In this document: positions 9,640 through 18,452 of the stretch, piece by piece
Layout of the letters: the number at the start of each line of letters is the position of its first letter
Position numbering within the stretch: position 1 is the first letter of the stretch
Source: Methylophaga frappieri
GTDB lineage: Bacteria > Pseudomonadota > Gammaproteobacteria > Nitrosococcales > Methylophagaceae
NCBI RefSeq assembly: GCF_000260965.1
Contig: NC_017856.1
Coordinates: forward strand, 1,470,001 to 1,502,000
DNA: 32,000 nt
Direction: 5' to 3'
The notes under the pieces: generated by a model
What the model saw: the letters and a program-made list of their open reading frames with translations, nothing else
Databases searched by the model: none
Told to the model about the DNA's origin: nothing
Position numbers and translations under genes: made by a program

Positions 9640-9682
9640 TGTCGATGTTATCCTGTGTTTATTTGAGTGCAACCATAACCCG

Positions 9683-9910
9683 ATGACCATTCAAGTCAAA
9701 TTTTTTGCCAGCTTGCGAGAGCAACTCGATATCAGTGAAATCACTATACCGGCAGTTGAGACGGTTTCCGAAGCATGGGATAACGCTACAAACAACGCCA
9801 GCAAACCTGCCAACCTGCTCGTTGCCGTTAATCTTGACTACGCCACGCTAAACAGTCCCGTTAAAGATGGCGATGAAGTCGCTTTTTTTCCGCCGGTCAC
9901 CGGAGGCTAA
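9683..9910 (+). CDS. moaD: molybdopterin synthase sulfur-carrier subunit MoaD
   Basis: 75 aa starting [13 protein letters not shown] and ending ..[14 protein letters not shown]. The C-terminal Gly-Gly is diagnostic. Confidence 0.85.
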   Translation: MTIQVKFFASLREQLDISEITIPAVETVSEAWDNATNNASKPANLLVAVNLDYATLNSPVKDGDEVAFFPPVTGG

Positions 9911-9911
9911 A

Positions 9912-10346
9912 ATGAGCGTACACCTGCTTGAGCAGGGTTTTCAGCCCTACCAATGGTTAAGCGAATTTGAAACACAACTGCCGTCAGGACAGCATGGGGC
10001 ATCCGCCAGTTTCATCGGCACCATGCGCGATTTTAACGATAATGAATCTATTCAACACATGACACTGGAACATTATCCGGCGATGACGCAACGCTACCTT
10101 GAGCAATTAGAGCAGCGCGCCGAACAACAATGGCCACTCAATGCCTGCCTTATTGTCCACCGGTTTGGTGATATCCACATTGGCGATAGCATTGTCCTAA
10201 TTGGCTGTTGGTCAGCCCATCGCCGTGCCGCTTTAGATGCCTGTGCCTGGTTGATTGAAGAATTAAAATTTAACGCACCATTCTGGAAAAAAGAATATCG
10301 TCAGCACGGGACTGTCTGGGTTAGCGAAAACACCTCCGGCAATTAA
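9912..10346 (+). CDS. moaE: molybdopterin synthase catalytic subunit MoaE
   Basis: ATG at 9912, 2 nt after the moaD stop. Contains GASASFIGTMRD...LEHYPAM and ..APFWKKE motifs typical of MoaE. Confidence 0.9.
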   Translation: MSVHLLEQGFQPYQWLSEFETQLPSGQHGASASFIGTMRDFNDNESIQHMTLEHYPAMTQRYLEQLEQRAEQQWPLNACLIVHRFGDIHIGDSIVLIGCWSAHRRAALDACAWLIEELKFNAPFWKKEYRQHGTVWVSENTSGN

Positions 10347-10512
10347 ATTCACCAGCGCCACGCCTGTAGCAGCATAAACAAACCTTTCTCAGAATAATTC
10401 TTCTCTAAATCAAATTGTCACGTTAATCCGCTAGTTTCGAAACTTAGTTGATTGATTTCTTTCTAAAAAGGAAGAGATAAGAAGATCGAGGGTTGGCCTT
10501 TATTAAAGGGAG

Positions 10513-10536
10513 AAATAGGAAATAAATATCCTATTT
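10513..10536. promoter_or_regulatory. AT-rich perfect inverted repeat in the fds upstream region (candidate operator)
   Basis: AAATAGGA (10513-10520) - 8 nt - TCCTATTT (10529-10536), within the 273-bp AT-rich intergenic region between moaE and fdsG. Confidence 0.25.
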
Positions 10537-10588
10537 TTAACTGCCTGACAATCTGCTAAGTTCAAGTTGTCAATAATAAAACAAAAAT

Positions 10589-10608
10589 ATATGCACAAGA
10601 ATGCATAT
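10589..10608. promoter_or_regulatory. inverted repeat immediately upstream of the fdsG RBS (candidate operator)
   Basis: ATATGCA (10589-10595) - 6 nt - TGCATAT (10602-10608). It abuts the GGAGAGAGAGA RBS and the ATG at 10620. Confidence 0.3.
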
Positions 10609-10619
10609 TGGAGAGAGAG

Positions 10620-11111
10620 ATGTCAGTAACCGTATCCTGGCAGCGTGATCACATCAGAGCCGTGATCCGTCTGCATAAAGACAAACCGGGTGCGTTATTG
10701 CCGGTGTTACATGCTATTCAGCATGAAATCGGCTATATCCCGGACAACGTTGTACCTTTAATCGCTGAGGAAATGCGCCTTACCCGCGCAGAAATTCACG
10801 GCGTTATTAGCTTTTACCATCATTTTCGTAGCCATCCTACCGGACGTCATGTTGTCGAAATTTGTCGCGCCGAAGCCTGTCAGGCAACGGGATGTCGGCA
10901 ACTTGAACAACACGCAAAAAACACACTCGGCATTGATTTTGAACAAACAACCCCCTGCGGTAGCGTCACTCTGGAGCCAGTGTATTGTCTCGGAAATTGC
11001 GCAACAGGCCCATCAATTCGCATTGGCAATCAAATCTACGGACGTGTCACGTCTGATCGCTTCGATGCCTTGATGGATACTTGCCGGGACTCGATGCAGG
11101 AGGCTGGCTGA
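10620..11111 (+). CDS. fdsG: NAD-dependent formate dehydrogenase gamma subunit (NuoE-like 2Fe-2S)
   Basis: ATG at 10620 after a strong purine-rich RBS; the track start at 10608 is a TTG. Contains GALLPVLHAIQHEIGYIP, ISFYHHF, and the Cys pattern CRAEAC...C..C of the NuoE/FdsG family. Confidence 0.85.
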   Translation: MSVTVSWQRDHIRAVIRLHKDKPGALLPVLHAIQHEIGYIPDNVVPLIAEEMRLTRAEIHGVISFYHHFRSHPTGRHVVEICRAEACQATGCRQLEQHAKNTLGIDFEQTTPCGSVTLEPVYCLGNCATGPSIRIGNQIYGRVTSDRFDALMDTCRDSMQEAG

Positions 11112-12658
11112 TGGCGACTCGGATTTTTGTGCCGCGCGACACAACCGCACTGTCTCTGGGGGCAGATCAAATTGCAGCGGGTATTCAAACTGAAGCTATC
11201 AGACGCGGTTTGGAAATTGAACTGGTTCGTAATGGTTCGCGGGGCCTGTTTTGGCTGGAACCCCTGATTGAAGTTGAAACTTCAAATGGTCGGATTGGTT
11301 TTGGGCCAGTTACTGAACGTGATGTGGTCAGCTTGTTTGATCATGATTTCCAATCAGGCAATACAAGCCATCCTCTCTGTGTCGGTGAAGTTGAAGCCAT
11401 CCCCTACTTGAAAAATCAACAACGTCTGACGTTTGCCCGCAGTGGTATCACTGATCCGGTCTCACTAGAAGACTATTGTCAGTATGACGGTTTTCGTGGC
11501 TTGCAAAATGCCTTGCATCTCTCTGGTCAACAAATTGTTGATGAAGTCAAAACCTCCGGTCTACGTGGTCGTGGCGGTGCTGCGTTTCCAACGGGGATTA
11601 AATGGCAAACTGTGCTCGATACGCCAGACCCACAAAAATACATCGTCTGTAATGCTGATGAAGGCGACTCAGGCACCTTTGCTGACAGACTAGTAATGGA
11701 ATGCGATCCCTTCATGTTGATTGAGGGCATGACAATCGCTGGTTTGGCGGTGGGCGCCAATCAAGGCTATATCTATCTGCGTTCTGAATACCCGGTTGCC
11801 CACGACATATTGAATCAAGCCTTGGCGACGGCATATGAAAATAGCTACCTCGGCGACAATATCCTCGGCAGCGGTAAAGCATTTCATTTAGAAGTCCGAC
11901 TGGGTGCGGGCGCTTATATTTGTGGTGAAGAAACCTCTTTATTGGAGAGTCTCGAAGGTAAGCGTGGACTTGTCCGTGCCAAACCACCACTACCCGCCAT
12001 TGTTGGTTTATTTGGCAAGCCGACTGTGGTGAATAACGTGCTCTCGCTCGCCGCGATTCCTTATATTCTCGATAAAGGCGGTCAGGCTTATGCTGACTTC
12101 GGCGTTGGCCGATCTCGTGGCACGATGCCTGTACAACTGGCCGGTAATGTTAAACGCGGCGGTCTGGTGGAACTGGCCTTTGGCATGCCACTGAATCAAT
12201 TGATGAATGAGTTTGGTGGTGGTACGGCCTCGGGTCGCCCGTTGAAAGCCGTGCAAGTTGGTGGTCCGCTTGGTGCTTATTTACCAGAAAGTCAGTGGGA
12301 CACGTTGATCGATTACGAAGAGTTTTCTTCCGAACAAGCGGTATTAGGCCATGGTGGTGTAGTGATGTTCGATGATACCGCCAACATGGGAGAGCAAGCC
12401 CGATTCGCCATGGAATTTTGCAAGTTTGAGTCTTGTGGCAAGTGTACCCCCTGCCGAATCGGCTCAACCCGCGGCGTTGAAGTTATCGATCGTATTCGGG
12501 CCAGTGAAGCGGCTGACAATAATTGGGCATTGCTGGAAGATCTCTGCGAAACCATGGTCGATGGGTCGTTATGTGCCATGGGCAGTATGACGCCAATCCC
12601 AGTGCAGAGTGTGATGAAATTTTTCCCCGACGAACTGCGCCATGGGCGTCAGGAGTAA
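11111..12658 (+). CDS. fdsB: NAD-dependent formate dehydrogenase beta subunit (NuoF-like; FMN, NAD and 4Fe-4S binding)
   Basis: The ATG at 11111 overlaps the fdsG TGA (ATGA). Contains GLRGRGGAAFPTGIKW, CNADEGDSGTF, YICGEETSLLESLEG and ESCGKCTPCR. Confidence 0.9.
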   Translation: MATRIFVPRDTTALSLGADQIAAGIQTEAIRRGLEIELVRNGSRGLFWLEPLIEVETSNGRIGFGPVTERDVVSLFDHDFQSGNTSHPLCVGEVEAIPYLKNQQRLTFARSGITDPVSLEDYCQYDGFRGLQNALHLSGQQIVDEVKTSGLRGRGGAAFPTGIKWQTVLDTPDPQKYIVCNADEGDSGTFADRLVMECDPFMLIEGMTIAGLAVGANQGYIYLRSEYPVAHDILNQALATAYENSYLGDNILGSGKAFHLEVRLGAGAYICGEETSLLESLEGKRGLVRAKPPLPAIVGLFGKPTVVNNVLSLAAIPYILDKGGQAYADFGVGRSRGTMPVQLAGNVKRGGLVELAFGMPLNQLMNEFGGGTASGRPLKAVQVGGPLGAYLPESQWDTLIDYEEFSSEQAVLGHGGVVMFDDTANMGEQARFAMEFCKFESCGKCTPCRIGSTRGVEVIDRIRASEAADNNWALLEDLCETMVDGSLCAMGSMTPIPVQSVMKFFPDELRHGRQE

Positions 12659-12661
12659 GTC

Positions 12662-15532
12662 ATGAGAGTAGAAACATATAATCCAAACAAAGATTATGGC
12701 ACCCCGCCAAGTCTGTCAGAAGAACTGATTACCGTAGAAATCGATGGCGTGGAAATCACGGTACCAGAAGGTACCTCCGTCATGCGGGCTGCAGCATTAG
12801 CAGATATCAATATTCCTAAACTTTGTGCCACAGATAATCTGGAATCTTTTGGCTCCTGTCGCCTGTGTGCCGTACAAATTGAAGGCAAACGGGGTTATCC
12901 CGCCTCCTGCACCACAACCGTTGAAGCAGGCATGAAAGTCACCACGCAGAACCAGAAGCTCGGCAAACTGCGGCGGAATATCATGGAATTGTATATCTCC
13001 GATCATCCGCTGGACTGTTTAACCTGCCCCGCCAATGGCAACTGCGAATTGCAGGACATGGCCGGTGCCGTTGGTCTACGCGACGTGCGATATGGTTATG
13101 CTGGTGAAAATCATCTGGAAAGTGCCAAAGATCTCAGCAACCCTTATTTCGACTTTGACCCAAGCAAATGTATCGTTTGCTCGCGTTGTGTTCGGGCCTG
13201 CGAAGAGGTACAAGGCACTTTCGCCCTGACTATCGATGGCCGAGGCTTTGCCTCCGTCGTCTCACCCAGTCAGCATGAAGACTTCATGGATTCTGAATGC
13301 GTCTCTTGTGGTGCCTGTGTGCAAGCCTGTCCGACCTCAACACTCATGGAAAAAAGTGTCGTTGAAATGGGCCAACCTGAACACAGCGTGGTGACTACCT
13401 GTGCTTATTGCGGTGTTGGCTGCTCATTTAAAGCAGAAATGAAAGGCAACGAAGTGGTTCGAATGGTGCCGTATAAAGGTGGCGATGCCAACCACGGTCA
13501 TTCCTGTGTTAAAGGCCGGTTTGCCTTTGGTTACGCCACACATCAAGATCGCATTAAATCACCCATGATTCGCGATGCGATTACTGACGCGTGGCGGGAA
13601 GTCAGCTGGGAAGACGCGATTGCCTTTGCTGCAGACAAACTGAAACAGATCCAGCAAAAATACGGTCGCAACAGTATCGGTGGCATTACCTCTTCACGTT
13701 GTACCAATGAAGAAACCTATCTGGTTCAGAAACTGGTTCGCGCCGCGTTTGGCAACAACAATACCGATACTTGTGCCCGTGTTTGTCATTCACCTACCGG
13801 CTATGGTCTGAAAGCAACGATGGGGGAATCCGCCGGCACCCAGAATTTTGACTCAGTGATGAAAGCTGATGTCGTGCTGGTCATTGGTGCGAATCCGACT
13901 GATGCGCATCCAGTGTTTGGCTCCATGATGCGCCGCCGTCTGCGCGAAGGTGCAGAGCTTATCGTGGCCGATCCAAGACATATTGATTTGCTGGATACGC
14001 CGCACCTGAAATCGGGCCAGCACTTACCATTACGTCCCGGCACAAACGTTGCGCTGGTGAATGCCTTGGCACATGTTGTGGTTACTGAAGGGCTGGAAGA
14101 TATGGCCTTCGTCGAAAAACGCTGTGATATGGAAAGCTACCATAGCTGGCGTGACTTTATTCAGGATCCCAGACATTCACCAGAAGCCGTTGAGGCGATT
14201 ACCGGCGTTGCGGCGGAAAAACTGCGTATTGCCGCGCGTACTTATGCAAACGCACCTAATGCCGCGATTTATTACGGGCTTGGCGTGACCGAGCATAGTC
14301 AAGGCTCAACCATGGTGATGGGTATTGCCAACCTCGCTATGGCAACCGGTAATATTGGCCGTGAAGGCGTTGGCGTTAATCCGCTACGTGGTCAAAACAA
14401 TGTGCAAGGCTCTTGTGATATGGGCTCGTTCCCGCATGAATTACCGGGTTATCAGCACGTGAGTAATGATGAATCCCGGCAGCGGTTTGAGTCGGTTTGG
14501 GGCGTGTCAATTGATAACGAACCGGGGCTGCGTATTCCCAATATGTTTGATGCGGCGATTTCCGGTGAATTCAAAGCACTCTATGTTCAAGGTGAAGATA
14601 TTGCACAATCAGATCCGGGTACCCAGCATGTTGAAAGTGCCTTGAAATCATTAGAGTGCCTGATTGTGCAGGATCTGTTTTTGAATGAAACCGCTAAATT
14701 TGCCCATGTTTTATTGCCGGGTTCTTCATTCCTTGAAAAAGATGGCACCTTTACCAATGCTGAAAGACGTATCAACCGGGTGCGCAAAGTGATGCCAGCT
14801 CTCGCTGGTAAAGAAGACTGGCAAGTCACTATGGATTTATCGAACGCGCTTGGCTACCCGATGCATTACAACCATCCGTCCGAGATCATGGATGAAATCG
14901 CTGCGCTCACGCCGACGTTTACTGGCGTTAACTACAAACGGCTGGATGAGCTTGGCAGTATTCAATGGCCTTGTAATGATGACCATCCGATTGGTACGCC
15001 GACCATGCATGAAGTGGACTTCCCGATTGGTAAAGGTCAATTTAGTGTTACCGAATATGTGGCGACTGATGAGCGCACTAACAGCCGCTTCCCGTTGCTA
15101 TTAACAACGGGACGGATTTTGTCGCAGTACAATGTAGGCGCACAAACGCGTCGCACTCAAAACCAAATGTGGCATGACGAAGATCGGCTGGATCTACACC
15201 CACATGATGCTGAAGTGCGTGGTATCAAAGAAAATGACTGGGTAGGTATTACCAGCCGTGCTGGACAAACTGTGCTGCGGGCACGCATTTCAGAAGATGT
15301 GTTACCCGGTGTGGTCTATACCACTTTCCACCATCCCGGCAGCGGCGCAAATGTGATCACAACGGATAACTCTGACTGGGCAACCAATTGTCCAGAATAT
15401 AAAGTGACCGCAGTGCAAGTTGAGCGCGTTAGCCAGCCGTCGGAATGGCAACGTAACTTTAAAGCCTTTGAATCCATGCAACTTGGCTTATTGGAAGCGG
15501 CCAAGGAAGATTCGGTCACGGGACGAAATTAA
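12662..15532 (+). CDS. fdsA: NAD-dependent formate dehydrogenase alpha subunit (molybdopterin, Fe-S)
   Basis: 956 aa with an AGGAG RBS. N-terminal 2Fe-2S and 4Fe-4S Cys clusters (CxxCxxCxxxCP twice) and a MopB domain with active-site Cys-type ..CARVCHSPTGYG. No in-frame TGA, so it is not a selenoprotein. Confidence 0.92.
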   Translation: MRVETYNPNKDYGTPPSLSEELITVEIDGVEITVPEGTSVMRAAALADINIPKLCATDNLESFGSCRLCAVQIEGKRGYPASCTTTVEAGMKVTTQNQKLGKLRRNIMELYISDHPLDCLTCPANGNCELQDMAGAVGLRDVRYGYAGENHLESAKDLSNPYFDFDPSKCIVCSRCVRACEEVQGTFALTIDGRGFASVVSPSQHEDFMDSECVSCGACVQACPTSTLMEKSVVEMGQPEHSVVTTCAYCGVGCSFKAEMKGNEVVRMVPYKGGDANHGHSCVKGRFAFGYATHQDRIKSPMIRDAITDAWREVSWEDAIAFAADKLKQIQQKYGRNSIGGITSSRCTNEETYLVQKLVRAAFGNNNTDTCARVCHSPTGYGLKATMGESAGTQNFDSVMKADVVLVIGANPTDAHPVFGSMMRRRLREGAELIVADPRHIDLLDTPHLKSGQHLPLRPGTNVALVNALAHVVVTEGLEDMAFVEKRCDMESYHSWRDFIQDPRHSPEAVEAITGVAAEKLRIAARTYANAPNAAIYYGLGVTEHSQGSTMVMGIANLAMATGNIGREGVGVNPLRGQNNVQGSCDMGSFPHELPGYQHVSNDESRQRFESVWGVSIDNEPGLRIPNMFDAAISGEFKALYVQGEDIAQSDPGTQHVESALKSLECLIVQDLFLNETAKFAHVLLPGSSFLEKDGTFTNAERRINRVRKVMPALAGKEDWQVTMDLSNALGYPMHYNHPSEIMDEIAALTPTFTGVNYKRLDELGSIQWPCNDDHPIGTPTMHEVDFPIGKGQFSVTEYVATDERTNSRFPLLLTTGRILSQYNVGAQTRRTQNQMWHDEDRLDLHPHDAEVRGIKENDWVGITSRAGQTVLRARISEDVLPGVVYTTFHHPGSGANVITTDNSDWATNCPEYKVTAVQVERVSQPSEWQRNFKAFESMQLGLLEAAKEDSVTGRN

Positions 15533-16347
15533 TGTCAGATGACATGCCAACAACGCAATCCAGTGCGGTCGAAGTCATCGACAGCCGCACCCATCAGTCC
15601 CATTTTGGGCATGATGACGTGGCGGTCGAGGTGCCGGTCGCATTGCGTTATAACTGCATTTCACATGCAGTCATGATGGCCTCACCCGTTGATTTGGAAG
15701 ACTTTGCCATTGGTTTTAGCTTAACGGAAGAAATCGTCAGTCAGCGTGACCATATTTACTCCGTGCATGTGACGCCGGGACCGGATGGGGCGACCATCCG
15801 AATGCAAATTGCCGATGACGATTTTGACGCCCTCAAATCACGACGACGCAACATGATTGGCCGGACAGGGTGTGGACTTTGCGGCACGGAAACCTTGCAA
15901 CAAGCCATTCGGCCGATCCCTTCTGTGTTGGCGCCAACCGTCAGTCATGTTGCCGTTGATCGAGCATTAAATGCCATTCGTAAGGCCCAGCCTATCAATC
16001 ATCTGACTGGTGCCACGCATGCTGCGGCATGGTGCACACTTGCCGGCGAGATTGTGCTCGTTCGTGAAGATGTGGGCCGTCATAATGCGCTTGATAAATT
16101 AATTGGCGCCCTGTCTGGCATGACAGTTGATCGTCAGCAAGGCTTTGTTTTGGTAACCAGTCGGGCCAGTTATGAAATGGTGCAAAAAACCTGTATGGCT
16201 GGTATTGGCTGTCTGGTTGCGATTTCTGCCCCCACCAGCTTGGCTATCGAGCAAGCCCGTCAAGCCGGCTTAAAGCTGATTGGCTTTGCCCGGGCCAATA
16301 AACAAGTTATCTATCATGACCCCGCTCAACTGAGGCGGGCCATCTGA
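15532..16347 (+). CDS. fdhD: formate dehydrogenase accessory sulfurtransferase FdhD (FdsC)
   Basis: The ATG overlaps the fdsA TAA by 1 nt. Contains the conserved GRTGCGLCGTE and GRHNALDKLIG motifs. Confidence 0.9.
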   Translation: MSDDMPTTQSSAVEVIDSRTHQSHFGHDDVAVEVPVALRYNCISHAVMMASPVDLEDFAIGFSLTEEIVSQRDHIYSVHVTPGPDGATIRMQIADDDFDALKSRRRNMIGRTGCGLCGTETLQQAIRPIPSVLAPTVSHVAVDRALNAIRKAQPINHLTGATHAAAWCTLAGEIVLVREDVGRHNALDKLIGALSGMTVDRQQGFVLVTSRASYEMVQKTCMAGIGCLVAISAPTSLAIEQARQAGLKLIGFARANKQVIYHDPAQLRRAI

Positions 16348-16359
16348 CAAAGGGACACC

Positions 16360-16602
16360 ATGAGTCACGACACACACGACCAGACCGGTATTTTGATCAA
16401 AATGGTCAATCAAATCGCAGCCAATCTCAGCGCCTACCCACATGATGAAGCTGCCAGCCGTATTGCCCAGCATTTAACCAAATTCTGGGCACCCAAAATG
16501 CGTCAAGATCTGTTTGCTGCAGCAAATAATGGCGCCAGCCTATCCCCCGTTGTTTACGACGCGATTGCCCAAATGCAGAATCAAACCGCCCACTCAGCTT
16601 AA
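16360..16602 (+). CDS. fdsD: formate dehydrogenase delta subunit
   Basis: 80 aa with MVNQIAANL....IAQHLTKFWAPKMR, typical of FdsD. It sits at the end of the fds operon. Confidence 0.8.
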   Translation: MSHDTHDQTGILIKMVNQIAANLSAYPHDEAASRIAQHLTKFWAPKMRQDLFAAANNGASLSPVVYDAIAQMQNQTAHSA

Positions 16603-16680
16603 TACCGCCCGTATTTGACTCATACCGTTAATACCGGCTTAATACCAACAAATAATCAATAAAAACAAGGAACATGACCC

Positions 16681-18411
16681 ATGCTGGCCAGGCTCCATAA
16701 ACGGCATATTGTTGCAAAACCCGGTTTTAACCGCTGGCTGATTGCCCCCGCTTCTGTCTTCATTCATCTTTGCATCGGCTCTGTTTATGCCTGGAGCATG
16801 TTTAATCCGCCATTGGTGCGCCAATTAGGCGTCGTGGCCAGTGCGGCAGATGATTGGCGATTTGCCTCCGTCGTGTGGATTTTCTCAACCGCGATTGTGT
16901 TTTTAGGCCTAGCCGCTGCCATTGGCGGAAAGTGGCTGGAGCAAGTGGGGCCACGCGCAACCGGCTTTTTGGCAGCGTGTTTGTGGGGCGGTGGTTTTTT
17001 AATCAGCAGCCTCGGCTTATACAGCCATGAGCTATGGCTCATTTATCTCGGCTACGGGGTCATCGGCGGCTGTGGTCTGGGGCTTGCCTACGTCACTCCC
17101 GTCAGTACCTTAATTCGCTGGTTTCCTGATCGACGCGGCATGGCAACCGGGATCGCGATTATGGGTTTTGGCGGCGGCGCTATTATCGGTGCGCCACTCA
17201 AAGGCTATTTACTGTCTTTATTTTATGAAGCGCCAACCTATCTCGGTAAAGCCACCGATTTATCACTGATTACCGAAAATGGGCGTCGCTTTGTCGAGTC
17301 CGCTGGCGAAAAAATCGAAGTCGTTGTCACCACAGCAAAAGACATGGCTGCCTTGCCTGTTCCCGGCCCTGAAGGTGTGTATGTGGTTGGCAGTGGTACG
17401 ACCGGCGCGGCGACAGTTTTTCTGATTTTAGGGGTTGTCTATTTTCTGGTCATGACGATTGCCGCCTTTAGCTTTCGCGTGCCGCCAGCCAACTGGAAAC
17501 CGGCAGGTTGGAATCCAGATACCGCCAAAAAACCGGGTAAATCCCTGATTACCCAAAATCACGTCCATATTGATCAGGCGCTGAAAACACCGCAGTTTTA
17601 TCAGCTGTGGATCATGCTCTGCTTCAATGTCACAGCCGGTATTGGTGTGATTGGGGTTGCCAAAACCATGATCACGGATATTTTTGAGCCTAGCCTGCCA
17701 AGCATTGTCGATGCTGGCTTTGCGGCGACCTATGTGTTGATGATCAGCGTATTTAATATGGCCGGGCGGTTTTTCTGGTCGTCCTTGTCTGACTACATCA
17801 GCCGCCAAACCACCTACAGCATTTTCTTTATGCTCGGCGCCTTGTTGTATCTGTCGATACCGCTGATCGCAATGCAGGCCAGTGTCAGCCCATCGGTCAT
17901 GTGGCTGGTGTTGTTTTATGCCTTTACCATGTTGATTTTCACCATGTATGGCGGCGGTTTTGCCACGATTCCGGCGTATCTGGCCGATATATTTGGCACC
18001 TTGCATGTCGGTGGTATTCATGGCCGGCTGCTAACGGCATGGAGTGCCGCCGGTGTATTGGGGCCCGTGTTACTGACACAGTTGCGAGAAAACTCTATCT
18101 ATAAAGCCATTCATGAACTCGCCAGCACCGTTGATCCAACCGTGTTTATGAATCGGTTTGGTGCACCGATTTCGGAACTGGATACCCTCATTGCTTCAAG
18201 CACCGTCTCCATTAATGCCATGATGGAAATCGCCCCGGCGGGAACGGTTGATCCGACGCCCAGTCTGTATAACACCACGATGTATGTGATGGCGGCGCTG
18301 TTAATTGTCGCCTTAATCAGTAATCGCCTGATGCGACCCGTTGATAGCAAACATCATGTGCAAAACAGTCACGCGGCCTGGTGGCAAAAAGAACAGGCGG
18401 ATAAATCCTGA
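16681..18411 (+). CDS. MFS transporter, oxalate/formate antiporter (OFA) family-like
   Basis: 576 aa with about 12 TM helices. The N-terminus NRWLIAPASVFIHLCIGSVYAWSMFNPPL matches the OFA-family signature region. AAGGAA RBS 8 nt upstream. Confidence 0.75.
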   Translation: MLARLHKRHIVAKPGFNRWLIAPASVFIHLCIGSVYAWSMFNPPLVRQLGVVASAADDWRFASVVWIFSTAIVFLGLAAAIGGKWLEQVGPRATGFLAACLWGGGFLISSLGLYSHELWLIYLGYGVIGGCGLGLAYVTPVSTLIRWFPDRRGMATGIAIMGFGGGAIIGAPLKGYLLSLFYEAPTYLGKATDLSLITENGRRFVESAGEKIEVVVTTAKDMAALPVPGPEGVYVVGSGTTGAATVFLILGVVYFLVMTIAAFSFRVPPANWKPAGWNPDTAKKPGKSLITQNHVHIDQALKTPQFYQLWIMLCFNVTAGIGVIGVAKTMITDIFEPSLPSIVDAGFAATYVLMISVFNMAGRFFWSSLSDYISRQTTYSIFFMLGALLYLSIPLIAMQASVSPSVMWLVLFYAFTMLIFTMYGGGFATIPAYLADIFGTLHVGGIHGRLLTAWSAAGVLGPVLLTQLRENSIYKAIHELASTVDPTVFMNRFGAPISELDTLIASSTVSINAMMEIAPAGTVDPTPSLYNTTMYVMAALLIVALISNRLMRPVDSKHHVQNSHAAWWQKEQADKS

Positions 18412-18420
18412 TTCGCTCCG

Positions 18421-18452
18421 CGCCGGGGCGTAATCTCCCCGGCGTGTTTATT
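18421..18452 (+). terminator. rho-independent terminator between the convergent MFS gene and ubiD
   Basis: GC-rich stem CGCCGGGG (18421-18428) / CCCCGGCG (18437-18444) with an 8-nt loop, followed by TGTTTATT. Confidence 0.6.

Noticed and set aside
10347-10619. Looked for a Moco (molybdenum cofactor) riboswitch in the long leader upstream of fdsG, and also near moaC and moaD.
   Set aside because: The region is AT-rich, and I could not find the GC-rich conserved helices or motifs expected of the Moco RNA motif. Only short AT-rich dyads are present. A covariance-model scan would be decisive.
11527-12579. Several 65-105 aa minus-strand ORFs (11527-11760, 11690-11887, 11712-11990, 12008-12256, 12150-12467, 12313-12579).
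   Set aside because: All are antisense to fdsB, whose translation carries unambiguous NuoF-family motifs. They are shadow ORFs.
12662-15532. Checked fdsA for an in-frame TGA that might encode selenocysteine.
   Set aside because: The ORF is uninterrupted and the active-site position reads Cys (CARVCH), so this is a Cys-type enzyme.
17428-18021. A 197-aa minus-strand ORF.
   Set aside because: It is antisense to the MFS transporter gene. The translation is Arg/His/Gly/Gln-rich and non-protein-like.
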